DNA of 64,000 nucleotides from assembly GCF_006345805.1 (NCBI RefSeq), contig NC_043010.1, positions 12,524,001-12,588,000 on the forward strand. The letters run 5' to 3'. The stretch comes from Octopus sinensis (taxonomy: Eukaryota). Of the stretch, positions 23,091-35,252 are shown piece by piece (the first letter of the stretch is position 1; each line of letters begins with the position of its first letter). The notes under the pieces were generated by a model. That model searched no databases. It saw nothing but the letters and a program-made list of their open reading frames with translations, and was not told where the DNA came from. The position numbers were made by a program, and so were the translations under genes.

Positions 23091-23699
23091 TGAATGTATG
23101 TATATATATATGTGTAGCCTTTGGTTGATTGACTTAATTTAATTTAATTAAGCTGGTTTGCATTAAAAACAACCGAAACAATGCATTGTCTAAAGATGAA
23201 TTAGGGTAAATGTTTTTAAATTTTCCTTTAATTTCTGAATTACTACTACTTGGCGGTTTGAGTCCTGGCTGCTCTTTCTAGTGGGTCGAATGGCCTATTA
23301 AGGCCATTCCTCAATTGTTGTTGAATTTATATATAGTCTTTGACTATTTTCTCTTCTTCTCACTAGACCCTGGTGGTGATAAATTTCTATTGAATTTTTT
23401 GCTACCCTATATTGATTAAATATATATATATATAGATATATATATATATATATATGATGTGTGTGTATATGTTTGTGTGTCTGTGTTTGTCCCTCAACAT
23501 CGCTTGACAACCGATGCTGGTGTGTTTACGCCCCTGTAACTTAGCATTTGGCAAAAGAGACCAATAGAATAAGTACTAGGCTTACAACGAATAAGTCCTG
23601 GGTTTGATTTACCCCACTAAAGGCAGTGCGCCCAGCATGGGCCACAGTCTAAATGACTGAAACCAGTAAAAGAGTAATACAATAACTATTAATGGTGTG

Positions 23700-24120
23700 A
23701 TACTCTTTACTCTCTTTCACTCTTTTACTTGTTTCAGTCATTTGACTGTGGCCATGCTGGAGCACCGCCTTTAGTCGAGCAAATCGCCCCCGGGACTTAT
23801 TCCTTGTAAGCCCAGTACTTATTCTATCAGTCTCTTTTGCCAAACCGCTAAGTGACGGGGACTAAACACACCAGCATCGGTTGTCAAGAATGCTAGGGGG
23901 ACAAACACAGACACACAAACGCACACACGCACATATATATATATACATACATACATATATACGACAGGCTTCTTTCAGTTTCCGTCTACCAAATCCACTC
24001 ACAAGGCTTTGGTCGGCCCGAGGCTATAGTAGAAGACACTTGCCCAAGGTGCCACGCAGTGAGACTGAACCCAGAACCATGTGGCTGGTAAGCAAGCTAC
24101 TTACCACACAGCCACTCCTG
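23700..24120 (-). mobile_element. SINE family A, full length
   Basis: Head through tail. Confidence 0.9.
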
Positions 24121-24592
24121 CTATACTATATATTTTCTCAGAAAACTTTCCCTGCGGTGAAATTTCTTCACTGTGAATTGATGGTAGTGAACTCTCCTGT
24201 GGTGAATTGACAGGAGTGAACTAACTTGTAATCCTCATCTTGTACCTTAAGGAGGCCACCTGGACACATCATCACCACTATTTATTTGTTTGCATCTCAT
24301 ATTGATCATTTTCACCCTCTCTTCTAAATGTGAGTAACTACGTGGCTCTTCTATTAGAGGAACCTGCTCTACCCTATTTCCTCTTATACATTAACTCCTC
24401 ATATCCATGTATAAAGCCACTCCCCATTACCATGACCACCACCACCTTCAACACCTTGGGCTTTGTAGTTTTTGTGAGTTGCATGGGGATTTTACTAGTG
24501 CCAGTGACATGAAAAAGGCACCGAGTACAAGCAGTCAAGTGGTTGGTGTTAGGAGAGGGCATCCACAAATATGCACAAACACACCATACATG

Positions 24593-24815
24593 TACAAAGG
24601 GGTGCTTAAAAGTTCCTGGTTTGGGGTAAAAGATAAGTATGGGAGGATCAGTAAATTTTGGTTATATTCAGCATATTCCCCTCTCAGATTCACACACTTA
24701 TTGCTGCAGCCCTTCAGTTTTTATAAACCCTGTAAAAGAACTCGGAAGACTGGGCCTCCAGCCAAGCCTTTCATGATAACCCTTAAAACCAGGAACTTAT
24801 CAGCACCAACTTGTA
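24593..24815. mobile_element. Mariner-derived non-autonomous element
   Basis: TA-flanked TIRs TACAAAGGGGTGCTTAAAAGTTCCTGGTTT and AAAACCAGGAACTTATCAGCACCAACTTGTA; the interior minus strand resembles a mariner transposase C-terminus. Confidence 0.75.
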
Positions 24816-25039
24816 TACAGTATGTCCATAAACTATCTTTGCAATTTATAGATATAGATATATAATGTCCTATTGAACATATACATAGGTACTCAATAGC
24901 CCTCACTGTATGTGAAAATTATAAGTAGACACTACATCTATACATACAATATATTAGTGAATAGAGGAAGAGATAAGAGCTGTACATACATGATTCAATT
25001 TGGCTCAGGATTTCATCCACAACTGTGCACCCTCTACGA

Positions 25040-25352
25040 TAAAACGTCACCCTTTTCAAGCCTAGCCAGGCTCATGGGCCTGGTTTCCCAGTTTCTGTGG
25101 CATATGTGTTCCCCCCAGCTGGACAGGACGCCAGTCCATTGCAGCGTTACTCAAGAAACAGGAAGAGAGAGTGATAGAAAGTTGTGGCGAAAGAGTACAA
25201 CAGGGGTTGCCACTCATCCCCCTGCCGGAGCCTCGTGGAGCTTTTAGGTGTTTTCGCTCAATAAACACACAAAACGCCTGGTTTGGGAATTGAAACCACA
25301 ATCCTCTGACTGCGAGTCTGCTGCCCTAATCACTGGGCCATTGCACCTCCAC
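25040..25352 (-). mobile_element. SINE family C with V-domain-like tail
   Basis: C head plus CTGCAATGGACTGGCGTCCTGTCCAG. Confidence 0.85.
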
Positions 25353-25589
25353 TCAACTATCCACAAATACACTACTTATAAACACCAAAGAGCAGGGTGT
25401 TATCAAATAATTATCCCAAGAGCATGAAAAGACTATACTAAATTACTTATTGACTAATATGATAGGCCTCTTGATAAGGACAGATTTTTGTATTATTTGG
25501 AGCATTTATAATGTATCAATAAACTAAGTTTTTGTTTTTCCATTTGGTGCATAGACGTAAAGATTTTTCTTAGCTTGCTGCTGATGCTG

Positions 25590-25980
25590 TTGCTGTTGAG
25601 TGAAGCGGTCTTCATCCCACAGCTCGCAAGATCACGCCTCTGTAGTGGGATAAGTCCGAAACGCGGTCCTTTGCTATTCGTAACACCCGCAGAAGAGAAA
25701 GCAGGTCAACCCCTGACACCGAGAGCATCGATGGATGGATGAATGCGCATCCAGGCTCAGCGGTTGCGTAGGAAGTCGGGGACAAGAAACAGGAAGAAAG
25801 AGTGAGAGAAAGTAGGGGCGAAAGAGTACAACAGGAGTTTCCACCACCCCCTGCCGGAGCCTCATGGAGCTTTAGGTGTTTTCGCTCAATAAACACACAC
25901 AACGCCTTGTCTGGGGATTGAAACCATGATCCTCCGACTGCAAGTCCGCTACCCTAACCATTAGGCCATTGCGCTTCCAC
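25590..25980 (-). mobile_element. SINE family C, tail type 4
   Basis: C head plus an unrelated GC-rich tail ..CCGCTGAGCCTGGATGCGCATTC..TTACGAATAGCAAAGGACC.. Confidence 0.8.
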
Positions 25981-26273
25981 AGCTACTGATGCTTTGTGAA
26001 GGTCTTTTGAGCTCTGTCGCCCATTCAAAATTCATTAAATACATGCATATGCTCACACTGACACACAAGCATAGCCAGTGAGCTATGCTGTGGCCATACT
26101 GGGGCACTGTCATCAAAACTATGTGAGGTTATGCAGTATTTGCAAAAGCACATAGAATTGATGGTGGTCTATCCTTGTCCAAGAAAAACAGTTCAGCAAT
26201 TTCTAGCTGAACGACCTGCACAAATGATTTGCTTGAAGTGATCAAATGCATGTGCTGTGCATTAGCTCACACC

Positions 26274-26504
26274 TATTTCTTTACTACCCACAAGGGGCTA
26301 CGCACAGAGAGGACAAACAAGGACAGACAAATGGATTAAGTCAATTATATCGACCCCAGTGTGTAACTGGTACTTATTTAATCGACCCCGAGAGTATGAA
26401 AGGCAAAGTCGACCTCGACAGAATTTGAACTCAGAATGTAGCAGCAGATGAAATACCACTAGGCATTTCGCTTGGCGTGCTAACGATTCTGTCAGCTTGC
26501 CGCC
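26274..26504 (-). mobile_element. SINE family B inserted in a family F element
   Basis: TSD TTAGCTCACACC at 26262 and 26505. Confidence 0.9.
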
Positions 26505-27011
26505 TTAGCTCACACCTGCCATCAAATTGACATTACCTGAACAGGTGCATGGTGTATCACAAGTCAGGTGTCAAAGTGATCGGAGAGCAGGGTGAGATAA
26601 AGTATTTCTCTCAAGAACACAGTGTACAGTCAGTTCCAGGAATTGACACGATGATCCCATGATTGTAGGTACAACACCCTAACCACAAGGCTGAGTGCCC
26701 TCACATGTGGAAGTAGTTAGTGTTGAACTCACAACCATGAGATCGTAGGTTCAGTTTCAGGACTGAATGGTATGTTCTGTCCTTTTACAATGCACCTCAT
26801 TTCACACTGCACCAGTCTACTCAGCTGTAATGCATACCAACTTGAATGCTGGTAGAATTATCTCTTCCTCCAGCTGTCACAACCCTTGGTTCTTTTGTTG
26901 ATTCGAGTGAGAGAGCTGATACAGAGTTCATGCCCTGCCCACAACTAGATAAGGAACCTAAAACAGCAAGAGAAAGCATGGGTGTGTTAACAAGTCATAC
27001 TTGCTGACCAG

Positions 27012-27336
27012 CAGACTGGATTAAGACACATTGAGGCCCTAAGCACTTAAAAGAAACAAAACAGTAAGAGGGAAAATAATGTTTATTTTTGTATACTTCC
27101 ACTTTATTTCTATTTGAAAAGTTTCCTCCTACTTTTTTTGAATTGCAAAGTCTTTGATTAGATCCTCAAAATTAATCTTAGGTAACGCATCTGCATCTAT
27201 ACTTAGTAGAGACAAAGGCATCCCAAATATTATTTTAGCAAGTTTAAAGTAATTTCTTTTGTGTCGTAAACCATTTACTGTTTCTGTGGTGCCCATAAGC
27301 ACATGCTTATTTTGCTTAGTGGTTAATCCAGCACTG
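27012..27336 (-). mobile_element. Non-autonomous hAT element with a transposase C-terminal remnant
   Basis: TIRs CAG-ACTGGATTAA and TTAATCCAGCACTG; 8-bp TSD CTGACCAG/CTGGCCAG; LSLLSIDADALPKINFEDLIKDFAIQKK resembles the end of a hAT dimerisation domain. Confidence 0.8.
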
Positions 27337-29814
27337 CTGGCCAGCGATATCTGTACCATATTCATACGGTAGGAGTGGCTGTGTGGTAAGTAGCTTGCTA
27401 ACCAACCACATAGTTCCGGGTTCAGTCCCACTGTGTGGCATCTTGGGCAAGTGTCTTCTGCTGTAGCCCCAGGCCGACCAATGCCTTGTGAGTGGGATTT
27501 GGTAGACGGAAACTGAAAGAAGCCTGTCGTATATATGTAAATATATATGTGTGTGTTTATGTGTCTGTGTTTGTCCCCCTAGCATTGCTTGACAACCAAT
27601 GCTGCTAACGATTCTGCCCCAGTTGAATACTGGGGTTGATGTAATCAACTAGCCCTGACCCCCAAAATTTCAGGCTTTATACCAATATTTATGCTTCATA
27701 GCTGTTCCAAGAAGATATAGAACATAAATGTTCTTTTGATGTATAGTTCCATAAATCTAAATCTTGAAGTAAGTTGCATTTGCAGTTATTCTGTCCCTGT
27801 TGTTAGCCCTGCCCGTGTAGACGACTATTTCTAGCAGTTTAGGTGAATGCATAGGAGCTCCCCTCATTGTCTCTGCAAGAAAAAATATTGACAGTATGGG
27901 CAGTAAGGATAAACAAGGGGCAATTTAAAGATTTGAGGCTACAATTTATTCATTTATTTATTTATTTATTAATTTATTTACTTATTTATGTATACTGAGT
28001 GGAATTTAATGTTTGGAATATCTGGTAAAAAAAAAAAAAGCTTGGCAGTTTCCAGTACAAAGAATTGAAGAATTATAAAGGAGAAGAGAAAAATAAAATG
28101 GAAGCAACCATTATCATGTGATAATAAAGAAGGATAAAGGAAGAATAGGAATATAAAAAGAAAAGAAGATTCAGGAAAAAAAAATAAATGTATGAGAATT
28201 TTTTCTTTAAGATGAAGACAGTATGGGTGGAGGCGGGTGGAGGTGGAATCTAAGAAGAGGAATAAAGAAGATGAGATAACCTTAAAAAAAAAAAATTTAG
28301 CCATAACAGTGCAATAAGAGAGGGGACAAAGAAAGCAAAACAAACATAAATAGATACTAAAGAGAAAGAAAGAAAGAAAGAAGAGAAAGGAGAAAGAAAG
28401 CGAGAGAGAGAGAGAGAGAGAAAGAAAGAAAAAAAGAAGAAGAAAAAGAAAGAAGAAAGAAGAAAGAGGAGAGAAAGAAAGGAATGGTATGAAATGAAAC
28501 ATCAGAGTGTGCATAGAATCTAGACAAAGACGAAGTAAAAAGACTAAAAATTTGTTCAAGTTTTTGTATCAAATTCAATCTAAAAACATTAATGATAGCC
28601 TTCAGAATCAACAAACAATAGGTTTTGCATTATCAAGTGCTTATATATGGAAGGACATTTGCATAATAATTCAACAGCTCAAGAACTAAATCTCTGACTA
28701 TTGAATCCTGTGAAGAATAGCTTATTTGTGTAAATAAAACAATATATGGTAATTGCATAAAAGAAATAAGAAGGAAGTATGGGATTATGGAAGCCAGACT
28801 GTCTGACTGGATAAACTAAATAGAGATTGATTCGGTAATACTTATTTATGATTGGCGCTTGAGAATCCTTGCAGGCAATCTTGGACAAAAACAGTTAACA
28901 GAAGGGCTGCTTCCCATCACGAGCATTACTGCTGCAGCCACCAGCATCAGCATCATTGCTCTGACTTATGTTCTGATGCTGCCTATTCTCCGCTACCAGC
29001 ATTCCACCAGACCTTCTTTGCTGGTTTGCATGATAGCAAAGGCTGAGAGAGAAAAAAATCAATTACTTCGCTCTCTGCTTCTAGATTTATTCTTGTTTTC
29101 CTTCGAAAAGAACAAAAAAAAATTTTTCCTCTCCGTATGGAAGTTAGTTCAATCTTTAATTAATCTAGGCTGAAATTTTATTGCCTTGTTTACTTTGTTT
29201 ATCTGTTTATCTGCTGTATTTTAGTTTGGATCAAGATTATACAAAGATGTTCAGACTCAATGGATTTGAAAGCATATCCTCCATCTGTATATGCAACTGT
29301 TATAAAGCAGTATATATCATACCCCCATCTACAGCCTTGCCATCTTGCAAAGTGTAGAAACCTGTGCATATGTCTTTCCTTGCAAACATGGTTCAGGTGA
29401 TTATTTTTTTTCAATTCAATTTGGGATATTTTTATCAATTATCAATCGAGGCATTGAGTGTGTTAGAGCTTAATGCTCTTTACATAAAACAGCAAAGATT
29501 TAGAGATGAAGCATGAATAGAAATAATTCTAACTAAATTGTCTTAGACTTATAATGTTCGGATATGAACCTGGACTGAAGTATTTTGCCAAACAGCACAA
29601 TGTAATGATGCTACTTGTAACATTTCCGTGTCCGATATTCAATAGTCCAGAAATTCGACTTTCCATTTCCTGCCCCCAAAAATTCCCTTCATTCTTGTCC
29701 TATCACTAGATTTGGAACTAACAGGACCAGGAATTATAAGGATCAGTTTTCATTTCGATCTTTGATAAAGTAAAATACCAGGAATGTTTTGAGGTTGGTA
29801 AGGACTTTGAACAT

Positions 29815-30220
29815 ATGGCTATGTGGTAAGTAGCTTGCTTACCAGCCACATGATTCCGGAGTCAGTCCCACTGCGTGGCATCTTGGGCAAGTGTCTTCTG
29901 CTATAGCCCCGGGCCGACCAATGCCTTGTGAATGGATTTGGTAGACAGAAACTGAAAGAAGCCTGTCGTATATATGTATATATATATATATATGCATGTG
30001 TGTGTGTTTGTGTGTCTGTGTTTGTCCCCCTAGCATTGCTTGACAACCGATGCTGGTGTGTTTACGTCCCTGTCATTTAGCGGTTCGGCAAAAGTGACCG
30101 AGAGAATAAGTACTAGGCTTACAAAGAATAAGTCCTGGGGTCGATTTGCTCGACTAAAGGCGGTGCTCCAGCATGGCCGCAGTCAAATGACTAAAACAAG
30201 TAAAAGAGAGTAAAAGAGTA
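29815..30220 (+). mobile_element. SINE family A
   Basis: Head through tail. Confidence 0.9.
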
Positions 30221-30679
30221 TATTATGAAATAAAATTATTTCCTTCCTTCTGTCCTTGGTTGCTTATTCCTTAATGAGATATAGGGGTGGAATCATAACA
30301 TAGGACGTGTCATGGGCATTTTAAACACCTTGTGGAGCATGTACTTTACAATGTCGGAATGCATCCAGTTTCTTTCAGAGAGAAAGAGAAAAAAGAGAAA
30401 GTGTGATACTGCAAGAGAGAGACAGAGAGAGAGGGGGAAGGGAGGGAGGAGGAAGATCTCATTATAGAACTGATGCATTGTTCAATGACCTCCCAAAGAA
30501 GGAAAACCAAAGTTGACCTTGACAGGATCTGAGCAAATATTGCAAAGTAGCCTGTCCAGTGTTTTAATGATTCAGCCAAGTCACCAACACATCACGTAAT
30601 AAAAAATACCCCTGAAAATATGCATTAGTAATGTGGGGAGATGTTAAAGTAAGTGCTGTAATATACTCTTTACTACTCT

Positions 30680-30882
30680 AGGCACAAGGCCCGAAATTGT
30701 GGTGGATGGGCCAGTCGATAAGATTGATCCCAGCATGCAACTGGTACTTAATTTATCGACCTCCGAAAGGATGAAAGGCAAAGTCGACCTTGGCGGAATT
30801 TGAACTCAGAACGTAAAGACCGATGAAATACTGCTAAGCATTTCACCTGGTGTGCTAACGTTTTTGCCAACTCACCGCCTTA
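30680..30882 (-). mobile_element. SINE family B, short-tail variant
   Basis: Core match; flanking repeat AAGTGCTGTAATATACT. Confidence 0.8.
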
Positions 30883-31530
30883 AGTGCTGTAATATACTAG
30901 TAATAGATATACATGTACCACTATTGTATTATATATGCTCCGGTTTAATATGTAATAATATGTACTGTTATTGGGTTATACATATATGTGCCATTATTGT
31001 TGTATATTACCTTCTTCATCGTCATTGTTTCAATATCCTCTGTTCCATGTTTACATGGTTCAGATGAAATTTTTTTGAGGCAGATTTTCCATGTCTGGAT
31101 GCAGTTTCCAGCCACCAAACATCATCTGTTTTCCATTCAAGGTAATGTTTTTTCATAGCAAGACGTGTTTTTCTTTTTCACGGAAAACTGGAAATGAACA
31201 ACATTGCTTGTGTGATGGTGATATCTGTTTAACAACTATTACGTGATGTCAAGACCAGAGTACACATACACACACAAACAGACAGGCAGAGAGACCTAGT
31301 TTCCACATTGACCACCAGATAAGCAATCGGAGAAAACTGCCAAAGGCTTTCCCCATGTCAACAAAAGACAAAGACAGGTGGTGTATACAACAAACAGATG
31401 TATTAGTATAATGCTCAGGAAGTGAAAAAGACTTTAACATTTTGAGCCTATGCTCTTCTGCAGAAAGGAACACAGAAAGAAACAAGGAGAGAAAATAAAG
31501 AACGTGTAGTGGCTAGCAATCTATCATGGC

Positions 31531-31574
<44 letters not shown>

Positions 31575-32234
31575 ACACATGTATGTATGTATGAATGTAT
31601 GTATGCATGCATGCATGTATTTGTATGTATATATATATATATATATATATATGAATATATAACTCCGAGCGTGTCTCTGTTTGTGCTTGTCCCTACTACA
31701 GCTTGACAATTGGTGTAAGCTTGCTCATATCCCCATAACTTAGCAGTTTGGCAAAAGAGACCAATAGAATAATTACCAGGATTAAAAAAAGAACAAAAAA
31801 CCAAAAAAAAAAACCAAATAAGTACTGGGATCGATTTGTTCGACTAAACCGTTAATGCATATCTGCAGTCCAGTGGCAGAAAGAAGTGAAAGATAAAAGA
31901 TAAAGATGTGTGTGCATGTGTGTGTGTGTGTGTGTGTGTGTGTACTGATATTGCATTGATTTAGAATAACAGTTATAACCAATGATGATGGTATCCATCT
32001 TGACCACCAAATGAAAAACTTTGCATAAACAGGCTGAAAACAGTTTTCGAAATAAACATATTAATCAATATGTCAATTTTGATTTAATAATCAAAATGGA
32101 AATTTAAAAAAGGGTGAAATAGATTGGATTAGGATTAACAATTAAATTTTTATGTATTACACAAAGTATTTGTCTAATAAAAAATATATCTATCCAGACT
32201 ATAGCCATGGATATTAATTATTAAATGCAAATAA

Positions 32235-32645
32235 TCTTTTCCACTCTAGACACAAGGCCTGAAGTTTTGGGGGAGTGGGGAAATCGATTACATCGACCCC
32301 AGTATGCAACTGGTACCTAATTTATTAAGGCGGAGAACTGGCAGAAACGTTAGCACGCCAGGCGAAATGCTCAGCGGTATTTCGCCTGCCGCTACGTTCT
32401 GAGTTCAAATTCCGCCGAGGTCGACTTTGCCTTTCATCCTTTCGGGGTCGATTAAATAAGTACCAGTTACGCACTGGGGTCGATATAATCGACTTATCCG
32501 TTTGTCTGTCCTTGTTTTTCCTCTCTGTGTTTAGCCCCTTATGGGTAGTAAAGAAATAGGTACTTAATTTATTGACCCTGAAAGGATGAAAGGCAAAGTC
32601 GACCTCGGCGGAATTTGAACTCAGAATGTAAAGACAGACGAATTA
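32235..32645. mobile_element. SINE B (+, 32327-32558) nested in SINE B (-)
   Basis: TSD GGTAC(C/T)TAATTTATT at 32312 and 32559. Confidence 0.9.
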
Positions 32646-32719
32646 AATGTTAATATTAAATGATATCCATTAATTATAAAAATTGCTAATTCAATGCTTG
32701 AAATTTAATGTGTATTTAA

Positions 32720-32845
32720 TTCAGTAAAAAATTAACGCGGTCATTGTCGTTGCCGTCATAGCAACAGTCGTCGTCAATGTTGTCGTTATTGTCTTCATTA
32801 TCATTGTGGCCATTGTTGTCCGTGATGCCATCATCGTCGACTTCG

Positions 32846-32887
<42 letters not shown>

Positions 32888-33180
32888 CCACCGCCACCAC
32901 CGCCACCACCATCACATCATTGTAATAATCAACATCAGCATAGTCATTATCCTCCTCTTCCTCCTCCTCATCACCAACATCACCATCACCATCATCATCA
33001 TCATCAACACCACCACCACCACCACCATCCTCCTCATCATCATCATCATCATCATCACCAACATCATCACCATCACCATTATCACATCATCATAATCATC
33101 AACATCAGCATAATCATTATCCTCCTCTTCCTCAGCCTCATCACCACCACCAAATCCACCACCACCACCTCCACCACCAC

Positions 33181-33215
<35 letters not shown>

Positions 33216-33420
33216 CTATTATCATTGTCATCATCATTGTCATCATCATTGTCATCATCATCATTCCCCATTCTTGATGATGATGATGATGATGATGATC
33301 TTCATGGTAGTGGTAGGTGGTGGGGTTCGGGTGGTGGTGGGGTGCGGGTGGTGTTGGGGTGATGTTGATGTTGATGATGCTGATGTTAGTGGAGATGATA
33401 ATGCTCTTCTTGAACCTGAA
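32720..33420. repeat. (CAT/CAC)n field switching to (GAT)n at ~33275
   Basis: Direct reading; source of the poly-His/Met/Asp ORFs. Confidence 0.9.
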
Positions 33421-33479
33421 AGCACATGGATGGGACGTGAACTTCTTAACTACGCAGCCACGCCTGCAAATTTTCCATG

Positions 33480-34415
33480 CCTGTGCATATGTATATATAT
33501 GTGCATGCATGTGTGTGTGTGCGTGCGTTTGCATGTGTGTGCATTTGTGTGTGTGTGTGTGCATTTGCATGCGAGTGTGTGTGCGCACATACATGCATGC
33601 ATACATGTGTGCATGCATGTGTGTATGTATGCATGTGTTTGTGTGTGTGTGTGTATGTGTGTATGTGCTTGTGCGTGTGTGTGGGTGTGTGTGTGTGCAT
33701 GTGTACATGCACGCATATGTGTGTGCATACATGTGTGTACATACATGTGTGTGTATATATGTGTGTGTGTGTGGGTGTGTGTGTGTGCATGTGTACATGC
33801 ACGCATATGTGTGTGCATACATGTGTGTACATACATGTGTGTGTATATATGTGTGTGTATGTGCTTGTGCGTGTGTGTGGGTGTGTGTGTGTGCATGTGT
33901 ACATGCACGCATATGTGTGTGCATACATGTGTGTACATACATGTGTGGTATATATGTGTGTGTAGGTGTGCTTGTGTGTTGTGGGTGTGTGTGTGTGCAT
34001 GTGTACATGCACGCATATGTGTGTGCATACATGTGTGTACATACATGTGTGTGATAATGTGTGTGTGTGTGGGTGTGTGTGTGCATGTGTACATGCACGC
34101 ATATGTGTGTGCATACATGTGTGTACATACATGTGTGTGTATATATGTGTGTGTATGTGCTTGTGCGTGTGTGGGGGGTGTGTTGTGTGCATGTGTACAT
34201 GCACGCATATGTGTGTGCATACATGTGTGTACATACATGTGTGTGTATATATGTGTGTGTATGTGCTTGTGTGTGTGTGTGCATGCGTACGTGTGTGTGT
34301 ATGTGTGTGTCCGTGTGTGTGCAAGCATTTTGTGTATGTGCTTGTGTGTGTGTGTGCATGCGTACGTGTGTGTGTATGTGTGTGTCCGTGTGTCCGTGTG
34401 TGTGCAAGCATTGTG
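33480..34415. repeat. Alternating purine-pyrimidine minisatellite, ~65-95-bp unit
   Basis: GTGTGTGCATGTGTACATGCACGCATATGTGTGTGCATACATGTGTGTACATACATGTG repeated about six times. Confidence 0.9.
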
Positions 34416-34999
34416 ATTGAGGAATTCTAAGAGATAACTGAAACTCAACACTGAAACTCAGATTGAAAGCAAAGTATAAAGTTTCTGTTTTTCTGTTCCA
34501 GGAACTTATTGGAAGTAAAAAAAGACGTCTGCAACAAAAGAGCCTAAATGTAATTTTATGCCTCACAGAAAGAAAAGATCTGAAAATACTTCCATAAGAA
34601 ACATTGGCCGGCAGCCAACATAAGGTGGACATAATTCCTTATACAGACAAGATTCTATTATAAATCCAAAATATTCTGCGTAAAGTATGTTTATGGAGAC
34701 CTGCTGGTCTATAACCAAAAAACTATACAGAGGAACAAGTTGTCTTGGAAACAATCCAACATAGCAATTGTGTCATTTAGTGAACAGAAATTAAAGCAAT
34801 TGTAAAGAATATCGCCACGATGTTTTAGCGATATTATCCTTTGCATTGGTTTTTGTTTTTTTTTTTTTTCTAATGGCATCATTGGAAATGAATCCACCAT
34901 TTCTCACAAGACAATTGAAGCATGGCACAAAGCAAAAACAAAAAAAAAAATAGCACTGTTGTGATAAGGGAATTGTCCATATCGGTATTGATCTTTTAT

Positions 35000-35252
35000 A
35001 GCGGTGAGCTGGCAGAAATGGCGGCGAGCTGGCAGAAAACCGTTAGCACGCCGGGCGAAATGCTTACCGGTATTTCGTCTGCCGTTACGTTCTGAGTTCA
35101 AATTCCGCCGAGGTCGACTTTGCCTTTCATCCTTTCGGGGTTGATAAATTAAGTACATGTTACGCACTGGGGTCGATGTAATCGACTTAATTCGTTTGTC
35201 TGTCCTTGTTTGTCCCCTCTGTGTTTAGCCCCTTGTGAGTAGTAAAGAAATA
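35000..35252 (+). mobile_element. SINE family B with a duplicated head start
   Basis: TSD GGTATTGATC at 34984 and 35253. Confidence 0.9.

Noticed and set aside
23285-23318. GAATGGCC/GGCCATTC hairpin preceded by TTGAGGA on the minus strand
   Set aside because: No GAAA..UH follows; too little for a ribozyme call
28859-29173. 104-aa plus-strand ORF with a hydrophobic stretch
   Set aside because: Non-ATG start, no recognisable family, and better explained as the antisense of a candidate minus-strand exon
33082-34632. 516-aa and other long His-rich ORFs
   Set aside because: Stop-free minisatellite and (CAT)n sequence; no domain content
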